Shown: in pieces, positions 41,376-50,284 of the stretch
Layout of the letters: the number at the start of each line of letters is the position of its first letter
Numbering within the stretch: the first letter of the stretch is position 1
From: Nitrospinales bacterium
GTDB taxonomy: Bacteria > Nitrospinota > Nitrospinia > Nitrospinales > VA-1
NCBI GenBank assembly: GCA_965249625.1
Contig: OZ252246.1
Location: 1,415,085 to 1,479,084 of the forward strand
Direction of reading: 5' to 3'
Length of the DNA: 64,000 nucleotides
The notes under the pieces: generated by a model
The model's input: only the letters and a program-made list of their open reading frames with translations
Database searches by the model: none
Told to the model about the DNA's origin: nothing
Made by a program: the position numbers and the translations under genes

Positions 41376-42545
41376 TCAAGCATTTATTGTTCTTTCAGCA
41401 TGTGTTCCAGTCCTGTTCACTGACACAGCTTCAGCTAAAATCTTTGCAGCTTTTTCAATTTCTGCCATGGTATTGCTCCAGCCCAAACTGAAACGAATGG
41501 ATGAGTTGATTTTATCAATGGGAATACCCATTGCTGTCAGCACGGGGGAAGGAAGCCCAGACCCCGAACTGCAGGCCGAACCCGTAGAAACAGCAACTCC
41601 TGCCATGTCCAGGCTGATCAGCAAGGTATCGCCTTCGACCCCTTCAAACCCAAGGTTTAAAGTGTTAGGAAGCCTGTTCTCCAAATCACCAAAAACTTCA
41701 ATCCCTGCAATCAGATTGGATGCCATTTGCAAAAATTGATCGCGCAGGGAGGAAAGGTTTGAGAATTTCTGGGAAGACAAACGTGCCAGCTCACAAGCCT
41801 TACCAAAACCTGCTATTCCCGCCACGTTCTCCGTCCCCCCTCTTCTTTTTTTCTCCTGACTTCCCCCGCACACAGGCGAAAACAAATCCGGGCTCCCCTT
41901 CCTCAAATAGAGGGCACCCACACCCTTGGGGCCATTCAGCTTGTGTGCTGAAATGGATAACATGTCTACAGGCAAATCTTGCACCTGAAGTGGAATTTTG
42001 CCCGCACTTTGTACCGCATCAGTGTGAAACAAGACCCCCTTTTTCCTGGCTATCTCCCCAGCCCTTTCAATGTCCTGCAAAACACCTGTCTCACTGTTGG
42101 CGTGTTGCAGGGAAACCAACAGAGTCGATTCTGTCAGGCAATTTTCCAATTCTTTAAAGTCAATGCGACCCAACTCATCGACCTCTAATCGGTCTACCCT
42201 GAAACCCAGGCTTTCCAGTTGTCGGCAGGGGTTTAAAACCGAAGGGTGTTCCACTTGGCTGGTAACAACATGACCACCGGTTTTACCCAATCCCAGAGCC
42301 ACTCCCAAGAGGGCGAAGTTATTCGCCTCGGTTCCTCCACTTGTGAAAACGATTTCCGAAGGAGAAACACCAAGGAGAGAAGCCACCTGTTCCCGGGCTT
42401 CATCAATAAGAACCCGGGCCGACCTGCCGATAGAGTGCACACTGGAAGGATTGCCCATCTGGTCTCGCAAAACAGAGGTGACGGCATCCAGCACTTCTGG
42501 AGCCACTGGCGTGGTGGCATTATGATCAAGATAAATTTTATCCAT
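41376..42545 (-). CDS. cysteine desulfurase (NifS/IscS family)
   Basis: IYLDHNATTP, SAHKLNGPKG (PLP Lys), SSGSACSSG active-site loop. Confidence 0.9.
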   Translation of the reverse strand: MDKIYLDHNATTPVAPEVLDAVTSVLRDQMGNPSSVHSIGRSARVLIDEAREQVASLLGVSPSEIVFTSGGTEANNFALLGVALGLGKTGGHVVTSQVEHPSVLNPCRQLESLGFRVDRLEVDELGRIDFKELENCLTESTLLVSLQHANSETGVLQDIERAGEIARKKGVLFHTDAVQSAGKIPLQVQDLPVDMLSISAHKLNGPKGVGALYLRKGSPDLFSPVCGGSQEKKRRGGTENVAGIAGFGKACELARLSSQKFSNLSSLRDQFLQMASNLIAGIEVFGDLENRLPNTLNLGFEGVEGDTLLISLDMAGVAVSTGSACSSGSGLPSPVLTAMGIPIDKINSSIRFSLGWSNTMAEIEKAAKILAEAVSVNRTGTHAERTINA

Positions 42546-42636
42546 CAACTTACCCAAAATACAAAAATCAGATTGAACAAAATGTGCGGATTTTAACAGG
42601 AAACGGCAAGCTCTTTGCCATGCAAATCCCCTGCAA

Positions 42637-43350
42637 TCAGGATTCGGACTGGTGCCGTTTTATAGTGGCAGAATCTGCTGCAACCTGAGGGTCTATCCCT
42701 TCTTTCTTCAGAATTTCCTTTAGGTGGCGGATTTCTTTTTCCATTTGTGGCAACCTGTCGAGCATGCATTCGATGGCCCGCGCCACAGGATCCGGGAAAG
42801 ATTCCAGACCATCATCATCTTCCATATCCGAAGAGATGCCAGAAAAAACCACCCTTCCAGGAACTCCGATAACAGTGGAATACTCGGGGACATCCTGAAG
42901 AACCACCGACCCGGAACCAATTTTTGTGTTGCGCCCAACGTGGACCGGGCCTAAAACCTGGGCCCCGGCACCAATGACAACATTTTCAGCGATAGTGGGA
43001 TGGCGTTTGGCCTTCTTGGTCGCAAGGCCTCCCAATGTCACCCCGTGATAAATGAATACGTTATCCCCCACCTCCGACGTTTCCCCAATCACCACGCCCA
43101 TGCCATGATCGATAAAAAATCGATGGCCAATTTTCGCGGCCGGATGAATTTCTATACCGGTAATCCACCGGGAAAACTGGGACAAGGCTCTGGCCATAAA
43201 ATTGAACCCCATACCCCATAATGCATGAGTCAGGCGGTAGGTGATCAGGGCATGTACACCGGGATACAAAAGCAATACTTCGATAAAGTTCCTCGCGGCA
43301 GGATCTTTTTCCATGGCCACCCGGACATCTTCTGTAATTTGACGGAACAT
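42637..43350 (-). CDS. cysE: serine O-acetyltransferase
   Basis: DPAARNFIEVLLLYPG, GIEIHPAAKIG, hexapeptide repeats. Confidence 0.92.
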   Translation of the reverse strand: MFRQITEDVRVAMEKDPAARNFIEVLLLYPGVHALITYRLTHALWGMGFNFMARALSQFSRWITGIEIHPAAKIGHRFFIDHGMGVVIGETSEVGDNVFIYHGVTLGGLATKKAKRHPTIAENVVIGAGAQVLGPVHVGRNTKIGSGSVVLQDVPEYSTVIGVPGRVVFSGISSDMEDDDGLESFPDPVARAIECMLDRLPQMEKEIRHLKEILKKEGIDPQVAADSATIKRHQSES

Positions 43351-43442
43351 AGTTAGGATGTAAGCTATTGTTTATTTTTATATTATATCCCACCTAAGGC
43401 CAGACAAAAAGCCCTAAATAGTTGCAGATAGTATGTCTGGAC

Positions 43443-43649
43443 CTATTCAAACATGAGGGAAACCAATTGGGCATGAAATTGTTCCTGTGTTATTTCCAGC
43501 AACTGAGTGGGCAATGCGGACATGACGGCAGCAGAACGGGGTTTGGAGCCAATCAGTGACACCTCTCCCAGATAATCACCTTCTTTTCTGCGTACAATCT
43601 CTACCCCACTTTTAGAGACGATCAATTCTCCGGAAAGTATGACGTACAT
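43443..43649 (-). pseudogene. cyclic-nucleotide-binding domain fragment
   Basis: MYVILSGELIV...GDYLGEVSLI....RSAAV matches only the cNMP-binding beta-barrel core. The upstream part is out of frame. Confidence 0.5.
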
Positions 43650-43678
43650 GGAACTGCCCTCTCCCCATCTTTGAATAA

Positions 43679-43924
43679 GTGATCTTTCTCGGTAAAAAGG
43701 GAGACATCAAAGAATCTATTAAAAAGGTGTTACCTTTTTATAATCAGGGTTTAACAAGTTATCAGAATCGAGAGTGGGCTGAAGCCAAAAGCTATTTTGA
43801 AAACGCATTAAAATCCCAACCAGAAGATGGTCTCTCAAAAGTCTATTTGGAGCAATGCGAAAAATTTATCCAGGCGGCCCCTCCAGAAGATTGGGATGGT
43901 GTTTTTAATCTCAGCACAAAATAA
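43679..43924 (+). pseudogene. C-terminal tail fragment of the type that follows class III nucleotide cyclase domains
   Basis: FYNQGLTSYQNREWAEAKSYFENALKSQPEDGLSKVYLEQCEKFIQAAPPEDWDGVFNLSTK. No catalytic domain precedes it. Confidence 0.4.
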
Positions 43925-43949
43925 GTCTTTTCTAAGATAACAACAGGGC

Positions 43950-44738
43950 TCAGGATTCGGAGGATTCGGAATCCATAGATTGCTGGTATTCTTCCAGAAT
44001 GGCATCTTGAGTCTGCTGGTCTGCGGACTTGTAAATTCGAATGGTTTCAAAGTGGCGGGTCTGTTGAACGCGCAATAATTTAAGGCGCATTAATTCCAGA
44101 ATAGCAAGAAACGTCACGACGACCTCCTGCTTGCTGTTTAAAACTGTAAACAGAGATTCAAACGTGACGCTTTCTGAAGCATTAAGAATTTCCATAATGT
44201 GCTGAATCCGATCAGTGACCGACATTTCGGTGATTTCAATTTCGTAATCCTTTTCAAACGATTTGGTATCCAGGATTTTCTGGTAGGCCTTGAGCAAATC
44301 GAAAACCGATGCATCCACCAATTCCTTCCCTTCAGAGCTTTCTTCAATTTCAATCTGTCCACCCCGCGCAAAAACCTGCTGCCGGTCGTGCTCCTTCAAT
44401 CTCAGCTCAAACGCCGCATCCCGATAGCGCTGGTACTCCCGCAGCCTGCGCATCAGTTCCGCGCGCGGGTCTTCCCCACCTCCCGCATCAAACTCGTCAT
44501 CGGTTTCAGGAGCAGGTAGCAAAATTTTTGACTTGATCCGCGTCAACTCAGCAGCCATGACCAAATACTCCCCGACCAGTTCAAGGTTCAACTCCTGCAG
44601 CATTTCCAGATACTCCATATACTGGCGAGTAATTTGGGCGATGGGGATATCGTAGATGTCCATCTTTTGTTCTTTAATAAGATGGAGAAGCAGGTCTAAA
44701 GGGCCTTCAAAAATATCCAGCTTGCATTGATAGGTCAT
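43950..44738 (-). CDS. scpA: segregation and condensation protein A
   Basis: LDIFEGPLDLLLHLIKEQKMDIYDIPIAQITRQY. Confidence 0.9.
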   Translation of the reverse strand: MTYQCKLDIFEGPLDLLLHLIKEQKMDIYDIPIAQITRQYMEYLEMLQELNLELVGEYLVMAAELTRIKSKILLPAPETDDEFDAGGGEDPRAELMRRLREYQRYRDAAFELRLKEHDRQQVFARGGQIEIEESSEGKELVDASVFDLLKAYQKILDTKSFEKDYEIEITEMSVTDRIQHIMEILNASESVTFESLFTVLNSKQEVVVTFLAILELMRLKLLRVQQTRHFETIRIYKSADQQTQDAILEEYQQSMDSESSES

Positions 44739-44810
44739 GGTCGGATCATAGATTCAAGGTTTCCAATACGAACCCAATAATAACCAGGTTTTTACTATTG
44801 GGTATGATTT

Positions 44811-45545
44811 TTATAGATCGCCCCAAAGTGACTGCAAAAGAGCCAATGCCACCACAGGGGCCGTTTCCGCCCGAAGTATCCGAGGCCCTAGACTCACCGT
44901 CTGAAATCCGTATTCCCGGGCCTTCTCAATCTCTAGCAAACTGAAACCCCCTTCAGGTCCAATTAAGACAGCGACAGAGCGCGGTTCTCGATCCAGCTTC
45001 AAATCTTTAAGAAAACTTTTTTCCTCCATTTCCCAAAAGACCAGTTTAATATCCTGATCGTTATTTTTGTGGCAAAAAATTTCCAGGGTTTCAATATTTT
45101 CTGCCACTTTAAGGACTCGAGTGCGACCGCATTGTTTGGAACTTTCCAATGCGATCTTCTTCCAGCGCTCGATTTTCTTTTCCGCCTGATGTGTTTTTAC
45201 CACGCATCGCTCAGTGGTTAAAGCGGTGATGGAACGCGCTCCCAGTTCCACGGACTTTCTTAGAATCACATCAAATTTGTTACCTTTGGTCAAAGCTTGC
45301 CCCAAATGAACCGCCAGGGGAGATTCCACATCGAGCTTTTCAGAAGCAATCACTTCTCCCTGAATCTCTTTCGCCTTAACCTCAACCAATCGAACCGTGA
45401 GCAATTTATCCGAATCACTGATGATCTGAATGGATTCTCCCACCTTCAACCTTAATACAGTTCTGATATGCGAGACATCCGATCCGGTAAGAGTCACCCT
45501 ATCACCAACAATTTGTTCTCCATGAACAAAAAATTTATGGCTCAT
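44811..45545 (-). CDS. rsmE: 16S rRNA (uracil1498-N3)-methyltransferase
   Basis: PUA-like N-terminus and C-terminal SPOUT knot (GPEGGFS..E, LGPRILRAETA). Its ATG overlaps the upstream HAD stop as ATGA. Confidence 0.9.
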   Translation of the reverse strand: MSHKFFVHGEQIVGDRVTLTGSDVSHIRTVLRLKVGESIQIISDSDKLLTVRLVEVKAKEIQGEVIASEKLDVESPLAVHLGQALTKGNKFDVILRKSVELGARSITALTTERCVVKTHQAEKKIERWKKIALESSKQCGRTRVLKVAENIETLEIFCHKNNDQDIKLVFWEMEEKSFLKDLKLDREPRSVAVLIGPEGGFSLLEIEKAREYGFQTVSLGPRILRAETAPVVALALLQSLWGDL

Positions 45546-46264
45546 ACTTGAGCCCAATGAATTCGCAACAAATCTTCCAGAGAAGCTAATTCATAATCGG
45601 GGCAGATATCAGCCTGTTCTTTCCTGCGGTTCAGCCAAGCCGTCTTCATCCCAACCCTATGAGCTCCAAAAATATCTACGGAAGGGCTGTCGCCGACAAA
45701 AAGAATCTCGGAAGGTTGAAACTGAAAACGGCTTATCGCAAGTTGAAAAATGGAGAGGTGCGGCTTGCGAAATGGAACTTCTGATGAATAAATGGTGAAG
45801 TCAAAAAACTTCTTCAAACCTGAGTCCTCCAGTTCTAATTCCTTCATAAAAACCGGATTGGTGGTGTTGGAAACGATTCCCATAGAAACCCCCCACTGGC
45901 TCAATTGTTCGAGGACAGCGACCACCTCGGGGAAGATCACTCTTTCCTGATAGACCTCTTGATAATAAACTCGCAGAAGTTTCTGAATCGAGACTTTTCC
46001 CTTCCAAGGAATTTTAAAGTAGAAGAGCAGATATTGTAAAACTTCTTCATAGCGGGCCTCGCGATGAGTGGTCCGGGATAACTTGATCATCGATCTAAAC
46101 AATTCCCGCGATTTTTCCAGACATACTTCAAAGTCAGGCAAGGCAATTTGTTTTGCCTGAAGACAGGCAAAAACTTTTCCAAGAGGACGCCGGTCATCTT
46201 CATCTCCCAAGTCCACCAGAGTATGCGCCCAGTCAAAACCAATTGCTTTAAAGGGAAATTCCAT
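45542..46264 (-). CDS. HAD-family hydrolase
   Basis: Motif I FDWAHTL (variant), SNT, KP.., and GDS..DI motif IV. Confidence 0.8.
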   Translation of the reverse strand: MEFPFKAIGFDWAHTLVDLGDEDDRRPLGKVFACLQAKQIALPDFEVCLEKSRELFRSMIKLSRTTHREARYEEVLQYLLFYFKIPWKGKVSIQKLLRVYYQEVYQERVIFPEVVAVLEQLSQWGVSMGIVSNTTNPVFMKELELEDSGLKKFFDFTIYSSEVPFRKPHLSIFQLAISRFQFQPSEILFVGDSPSVDIFGAHRVGMKTAWLNRRKEQADICPDYELASLEDLLRIHWAQV

Positions 46265-46488
46265 TTCTCACCCGTTGTTGCTGTATTCCAGTCCGTAAGA
46301 TATGAGAGATCAACGTTAATAAATTTAAAACGATAACCCCTTATTAATCAACATTTAAATTAATAAACTCGAGGTAAGTTGATTCCCAAAAAATTGCCGG
46401 GACCACTCCACCGACTATGTTCTTGACCCTCAGCCTTATCCACTAATAATACCAGTACAAAGAGAAGAAAGGAACTGCGGAAAAACCC

Positions 46489-47028
46489 ATGACTCCTGAA
46501 AACATAAAAGCCCTGCCTGAAAATATTCTTTCGAACCAGGAATTGATTCAGGAAGCGATCCGCTTAGGCTGTATCAAGGCAAAAGTAATCTTGACGAAAA
46601 CCATATCCATGGCCAATTGGATGAAACTGCAGTGCCAATATGGTTGTTCTCATTATGGATCGGTGCTTACCTGTCCTCCCTACACGCCCCAGGCAGAAGA
46701 AATGTCCGAAGTCCTTTTAGAATACGAAAAGGCCATGCTCATCAATGCCAGCCCGGAAACAAATGTAAGAGAAATTGTTGTCCATTTGGAAAAAGTTTTA
46801 AAAGAAAAAGGGTTTAACAAAGCTTTTGCATTAAGTGCTCAGCCCTGCGACCTGTGTGAACCCTGCACGATTGCTACGCATTGCCAGTTCCCCGATAAAG
46901 CCCGGCCCACTTTACAAGCCTGCGGTATCGATGTGAATGAAACCATCCATAATAACGGATGGGATGACCTCGGCCCGCAGACCCCCTGCGCTCCGACCCA
47001 TGCCATTGGCATGGTGCTTATAGATTAA
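46489..47028 (+). CDS. DUF2284-type Cys-rich metal-binding protein
   Basis: KLQCQYGCSHYGSVLTCPPYTP and CDLCEPC. Confidence 0.7.
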   Translation: MTPENIKALPENILSNQELIQEAIRLGCIKAKVILTKTISMANWMKLQCQYGCSHYGSVLTCPPYTPQAEEMSEVLLEYEKAMLINASPETNVREIVVHLEKVLKEKGFNKAFALSAQPCDLCEPCTIATHCQFPDKARPTLQACGIDVNETIHNNGWDDLGPQTPCAPTHAIGMVLID

Positions 47029-47076
47029 GAACCGTCTATAATACCCCCCACTCAATCATCTTATTTTTAAATTCCC

Positions 47077-48243
47077 GTGGGTTATCGTTACGCAATCATT
47101 GGAACAGGCCGACAGGGTCTCTCCGCCGCCTATGACCTGGCCCGGTTTGGCTCTGCCGAGAAAATCCTTCTCTGCGATCTCAATTTGGAAACCGCAGGAA
47201 AAGGAGCCGAGAAACTTCACGCCCTGCTTTCACAGGACCTATTCCGCCCGATCCAACTGGATGCAGGAAACCCTGACCAACTCCGTCAAACATTAAAAGA
47301 AGTCGACTCGGCCATCAGCGCGGTCCCCTTCACCTTCAACCTAGGGATCACTCAGGCTGCCATCGATAGCAAAACCAACCTGTGCGATCTGGGTGGACAC
47401 ACCGAGACTGTTCTCAAACAATTGGCTCTTGACGAAACCGTAAAATCTTCCGGCATCACTGTTGTTCCAGACTGCGGCATGGGACCGGGACTCAATATCT
47501 CCCTTGGGGTTCTGGCCATGAGCTTCGTGGAAAAACCCGTCAACCTGTTTATCTGGGATGGCGGCCTGCCGCTCAATCCGACTCCTCCCTGGAACTATAT
47601 TTCCACATTCAACATCAATGGTTTGACCAACGAATATGGGGGGCCGGCCTGGTTCATTCGGGATGGCAAGCCGACGCAAGTCCCCTGCCTCAGCGAAGTG
47701 GAAGAGTTGGATTTTTCCACTCCGTTAGGGCGTTTGGAAGCGGCGGTCACTGCAGGTGGGCTATCCACCGCTCCCTGGACATTTGCGGGCAAACTTCAAC
47801 GCCTGGAAAACAAAACCCTGCGCTACCCAGGGCACTGGCAAACGTTTCGAGCTTTCCAGCAACTGGGTTTATTTGAGCAGGATCCTGTCACGCTCAAAGG
47901 AGAAAGCTTTATTCCACGAGAAATTTTTCACGCTCTGCTACAACCCAAAATCTCCAGCGACCTTATCCGCGATATTTGCGTCATCCGAGCGCGATGCGAG
48001 GGAGAAACCGATGGGGAAAAAGCCGCCTGCACCTTGGATCTCTGTGAGACCTACGATGCCGGTTTCACCGCCATGGAAAAATTTACCGGTTGGCACGCCA
48101 GCATGGTTGCCATTCTTTCCGCCCAAAAAAAACTGCCCGAAGGAGCGGTTCCCATAGAAACAGCCTTATCCGGTAAACTGTTGATGGAAGAGGCAAAAAA
48201 AAGAAACTGGGCCATAAAAAACGATACGGTACTGGAAGTATAA
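47077..48243 (+). CDS. saccharopine dehydrogenase-family oxidoreductase
   Basis: N-terminal Rossmann motif (IIGTGRQG) and C-terminal Sacchrp_dh_C-like region. GTG start. Confidence 0.8.
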   Translation: MGYRYAIIGTGRQGLSAAYDLARFGSAEKILLCDLNLETAGKGAEKLHALLSQDLFRPIQLDAGNPDQLRQTLKEVDSAISAVPFTFNLGITQAAIDSKTNLCDLGGHTETVLKQLALDETVKSSGITVVPDCGMGPGLNISLGVLAMSFVEKPVNLFIWDGGLPLNPTPPWNYISTFNINGLTNEYGGPAWFIRDGKPTQVPCLSEVEELDFSTPLGRLEAAVTAGGLSTAPWTFAGKLQRLENKTLRYPGHWQTFRAFQQLGLFEQDPVTLKGESFIPREIFHALLQPKISSDLIRDICVIRARCEGETDGEKAACTLDLCETYDAGFTAMEKFTGWHASMVAILSAQKKLPEGAVPIETALSGKLLMEEAKKRNWAIKNDTVLEV

Positions 48244-48468
48244 AACAGTCCGGTAAGAAAAATTTATCCCTGTCACAATATTTGATTTACAAACAATAAA
48301 ATTTACAATACCATCCTAAGTAACATATTATGAATATCTGGAGAGAATTTAATGGATACCATTCGTTCTCAAATGACCACACCCGTCATCAGTATTTATT
48401 CCGAAGCCACTGCCTTAGGAAGCCGCTCAGTTAATGAAAGAGAAGGAAATCGGTTCCCTGCTGGTAGA

Positions 48469-48638
48469 GAGACCTTTGCATAACCCCGGATTACCCCTGC
48501 AGGGCACGAAGGGGTATGTGATGTCCTCTTCATTAAACTTCATGCCCCGCAGGGGTATGTGATATCCTCTTCCTTAAACTTCATGCCCCGAAGGGGTAAT
48601 CTCGCTTTTCTGTTTTTTTCGACTTACGCAAAGCTCTC
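48469..48638. mobile_element. MITE-like element (170 bp) with a perfect 9-bp TSD
   Basis: TIRs GAGACCTTTGCATAAC / GAGAGCTTTGCGTAAG. GCTGGTAGA occurs at 48460-48468 and 48639-48647. Confidence 0.85.
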
Positions 48639-48798
48639 GCTGGTAGAGGGTTGCCAAGGTTATGTCGGTATTCTGGCAGAGCGAGACCTAGTATACAGAT
48701 TGGTCAGTGAAGGCTTGGACCCGAAGACCACCACTCTCTCTTCAATCAATGACAAGACCGCCGCATTACCGTGCCCACACTGATTGATCGGGCTTCTT

Positions 48799-48873
48799 GT
48801 CATTCTGAACGTAGTGAAGAATCTCTCCCCGCACAAACAGAAAAACGAGATTCTTCACTACGTTCAGAATGAC
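48799..48873. repeat. perfect 27-bp-stem inverted repeat (hairpin module)
   Basis: gtcattctgaacgtagtgaagaatctc, a 21-nt loop, then gagattcttcactacgttcagaatgac. Confidence 0.9.
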
Positions 48874-49045
48874 AGCTAAGAATAACGACAAATGGAAGAG
48901 TCTATTCTATCCATTGACCGGGATGCTTTCCTGTTTTGTCGCGCTTTTCCTTTATAAAGGAGACCTTCCATGACAGCAGATGAAAAAATCGCAGGAATTC
49001 TTCCCCTTAGAGATTTAGCCTACAAGAAGCAACCTGCTTAATTCT

Positions 49046-49519
49046 TTAACTATTTTCCGAAGGCCAGGACTGCACTCTACCCCCGCCCGCAAGCTCATCT
49101 AACTCCTGAAGTTCTTTACCGCTAATCCCTAAAAAATAAAGGATTAATTTTAAGTTTGACTGATTAATACTGGCCCGTGCCTGGCGTTGCACAACAGGCT
49201 TGGCGTTGAAGGCGATTCCCAGTCCGGCCCGTGCCAGCATTTTAATATCGTTGGCACATCCCCCCACAGCCACCACTTGACGCAGGGAGAACCCTTCCTT
49301 TTCTGCCAGAGAAACCAGGGTTTTTTCCTTGGCCTCGGCATTGATGATTTGCCCTTCCAGTTCCCCCGAAACTTTGCCATTTTCTATCTTCAACTGGTTG
49401 GCGATGCCATGATCCAAGTTGTAGCTATCGCGGATCTTGTCGATAAAAAACTGGAACCCCCCACTGACCGTGGAAAAATTGAGCAGTCCATTGAAGACAA
49501 ATTGCTTGATATCTACCAC
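49046..49519 (-). pseudogene. phosphoserine phosphatase (SerB-like) lacking HAD motif I
   Basis: Has motif II (VSGGF) and the Lys region. The N-terminal DxDxT is absent and motif IV reads GGCAND instead of GDGAND. Confidence 0.6.
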
Positions 49520-49634
49520 ATTCCAACCGGCCTGAACAATGAACTCCAGGGATTCAACCAGAATTCCAGGCCGGTCCTACGCTGAAATATGAATGTGTAA
49601 TTTGACTGGAGGAAGAAAAAGGAGGAGACATGAG

Positions 49635-50093
49635 TCAGGCTTGCGGCTTGTAACGCCACCCTTCCCTTTTTTTGCAGGTCCAGCCTTCATGAACTTGAAA
49701 GGTAGCCAGATTTACCAGCGTTTCAGAGTTGAACAAATAGATAATTCCCTCTCCGTCAATAAGGTTTCCTTTTAGATGCAAGCGTTTGAGCTTACCCAGA
49801 TGCTTGGCGTTGGCGAGGAATTTCAAACCTTCATCGCTGACGCTGTTCTGATTGAGATTCAAATACTGGACATTTTCCAAAAATGCGCATTCGGTCAGAG
49901 CCTGAACTCCCTCATCTCCCAGGTTGTTATCATCCAAGTCCAGCCAACTGATTTCCTGCATTCTCGGCGTCTGCCACAATAGCTGTGCCTCTTCAGCACT
50001 CAGCCTCTTACCACTCAGCATCAATTGATTGCCGCGCAAGCGACCCTCAAAAATCTCATCAACACTCTTAAATCTACAATTCTCGTCCATCAT
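49635..50093 (-). CDS. leucine-rich-repeat protein (RNI-like repeats)
   Basis: WLDLDDNNLGDEGVQAL.., YLNLNQNSVSDEGLKFL.., RLHLKGNLIDGEGIIYL. Confidence 0.75.
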   Translation of the reverse strand: MMDENCRFKSVDEIFEGRLRGNQLMLSGKRLSAEEAQLLWQTPRMQEISWLDLDDNNLGDEGVQALTECAFLENVQYLNLNQNSVSDEGLKFLANAKHLGKLKRLHLKGNLIDGEGIIYLFNSETLVNLATFQVHEGWTCKKREGWRYKPQA

Positions 50094-50284
50094 TCTTCCT
50101 TAATTAAAACTATGGGTGTTTTCTATATCATGAAGGACACAGCCTACCAATTCATTTTTTCCCTGAACGTGACCAGCATGACGCCAGGGTTGTGATATCC
50201 TCTCCCGCAAATTTCATGCCCAGAAGGGGTACAACTAGCAATGGCTTCAATTGGCTGGCTAACAGGTTAGCCCGGCTTTAAAAG

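Larger units (their letters stand above)
48352..49041 (+). pseudogene. CBS-pair protein gene, disrupted by a MITE, a hairpin repeat and several frameshifts
   Basis: The pieces are MDTIRSQMTTPVISIYSEATAL, EAAQLMKEKEIGSLLVE, GCQGYVGILAERDLVYRLVSEGLDP and ..EKIAGILPLRDLAY. They lie in different frames and are separated by repeats. Confidence 0.7.
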
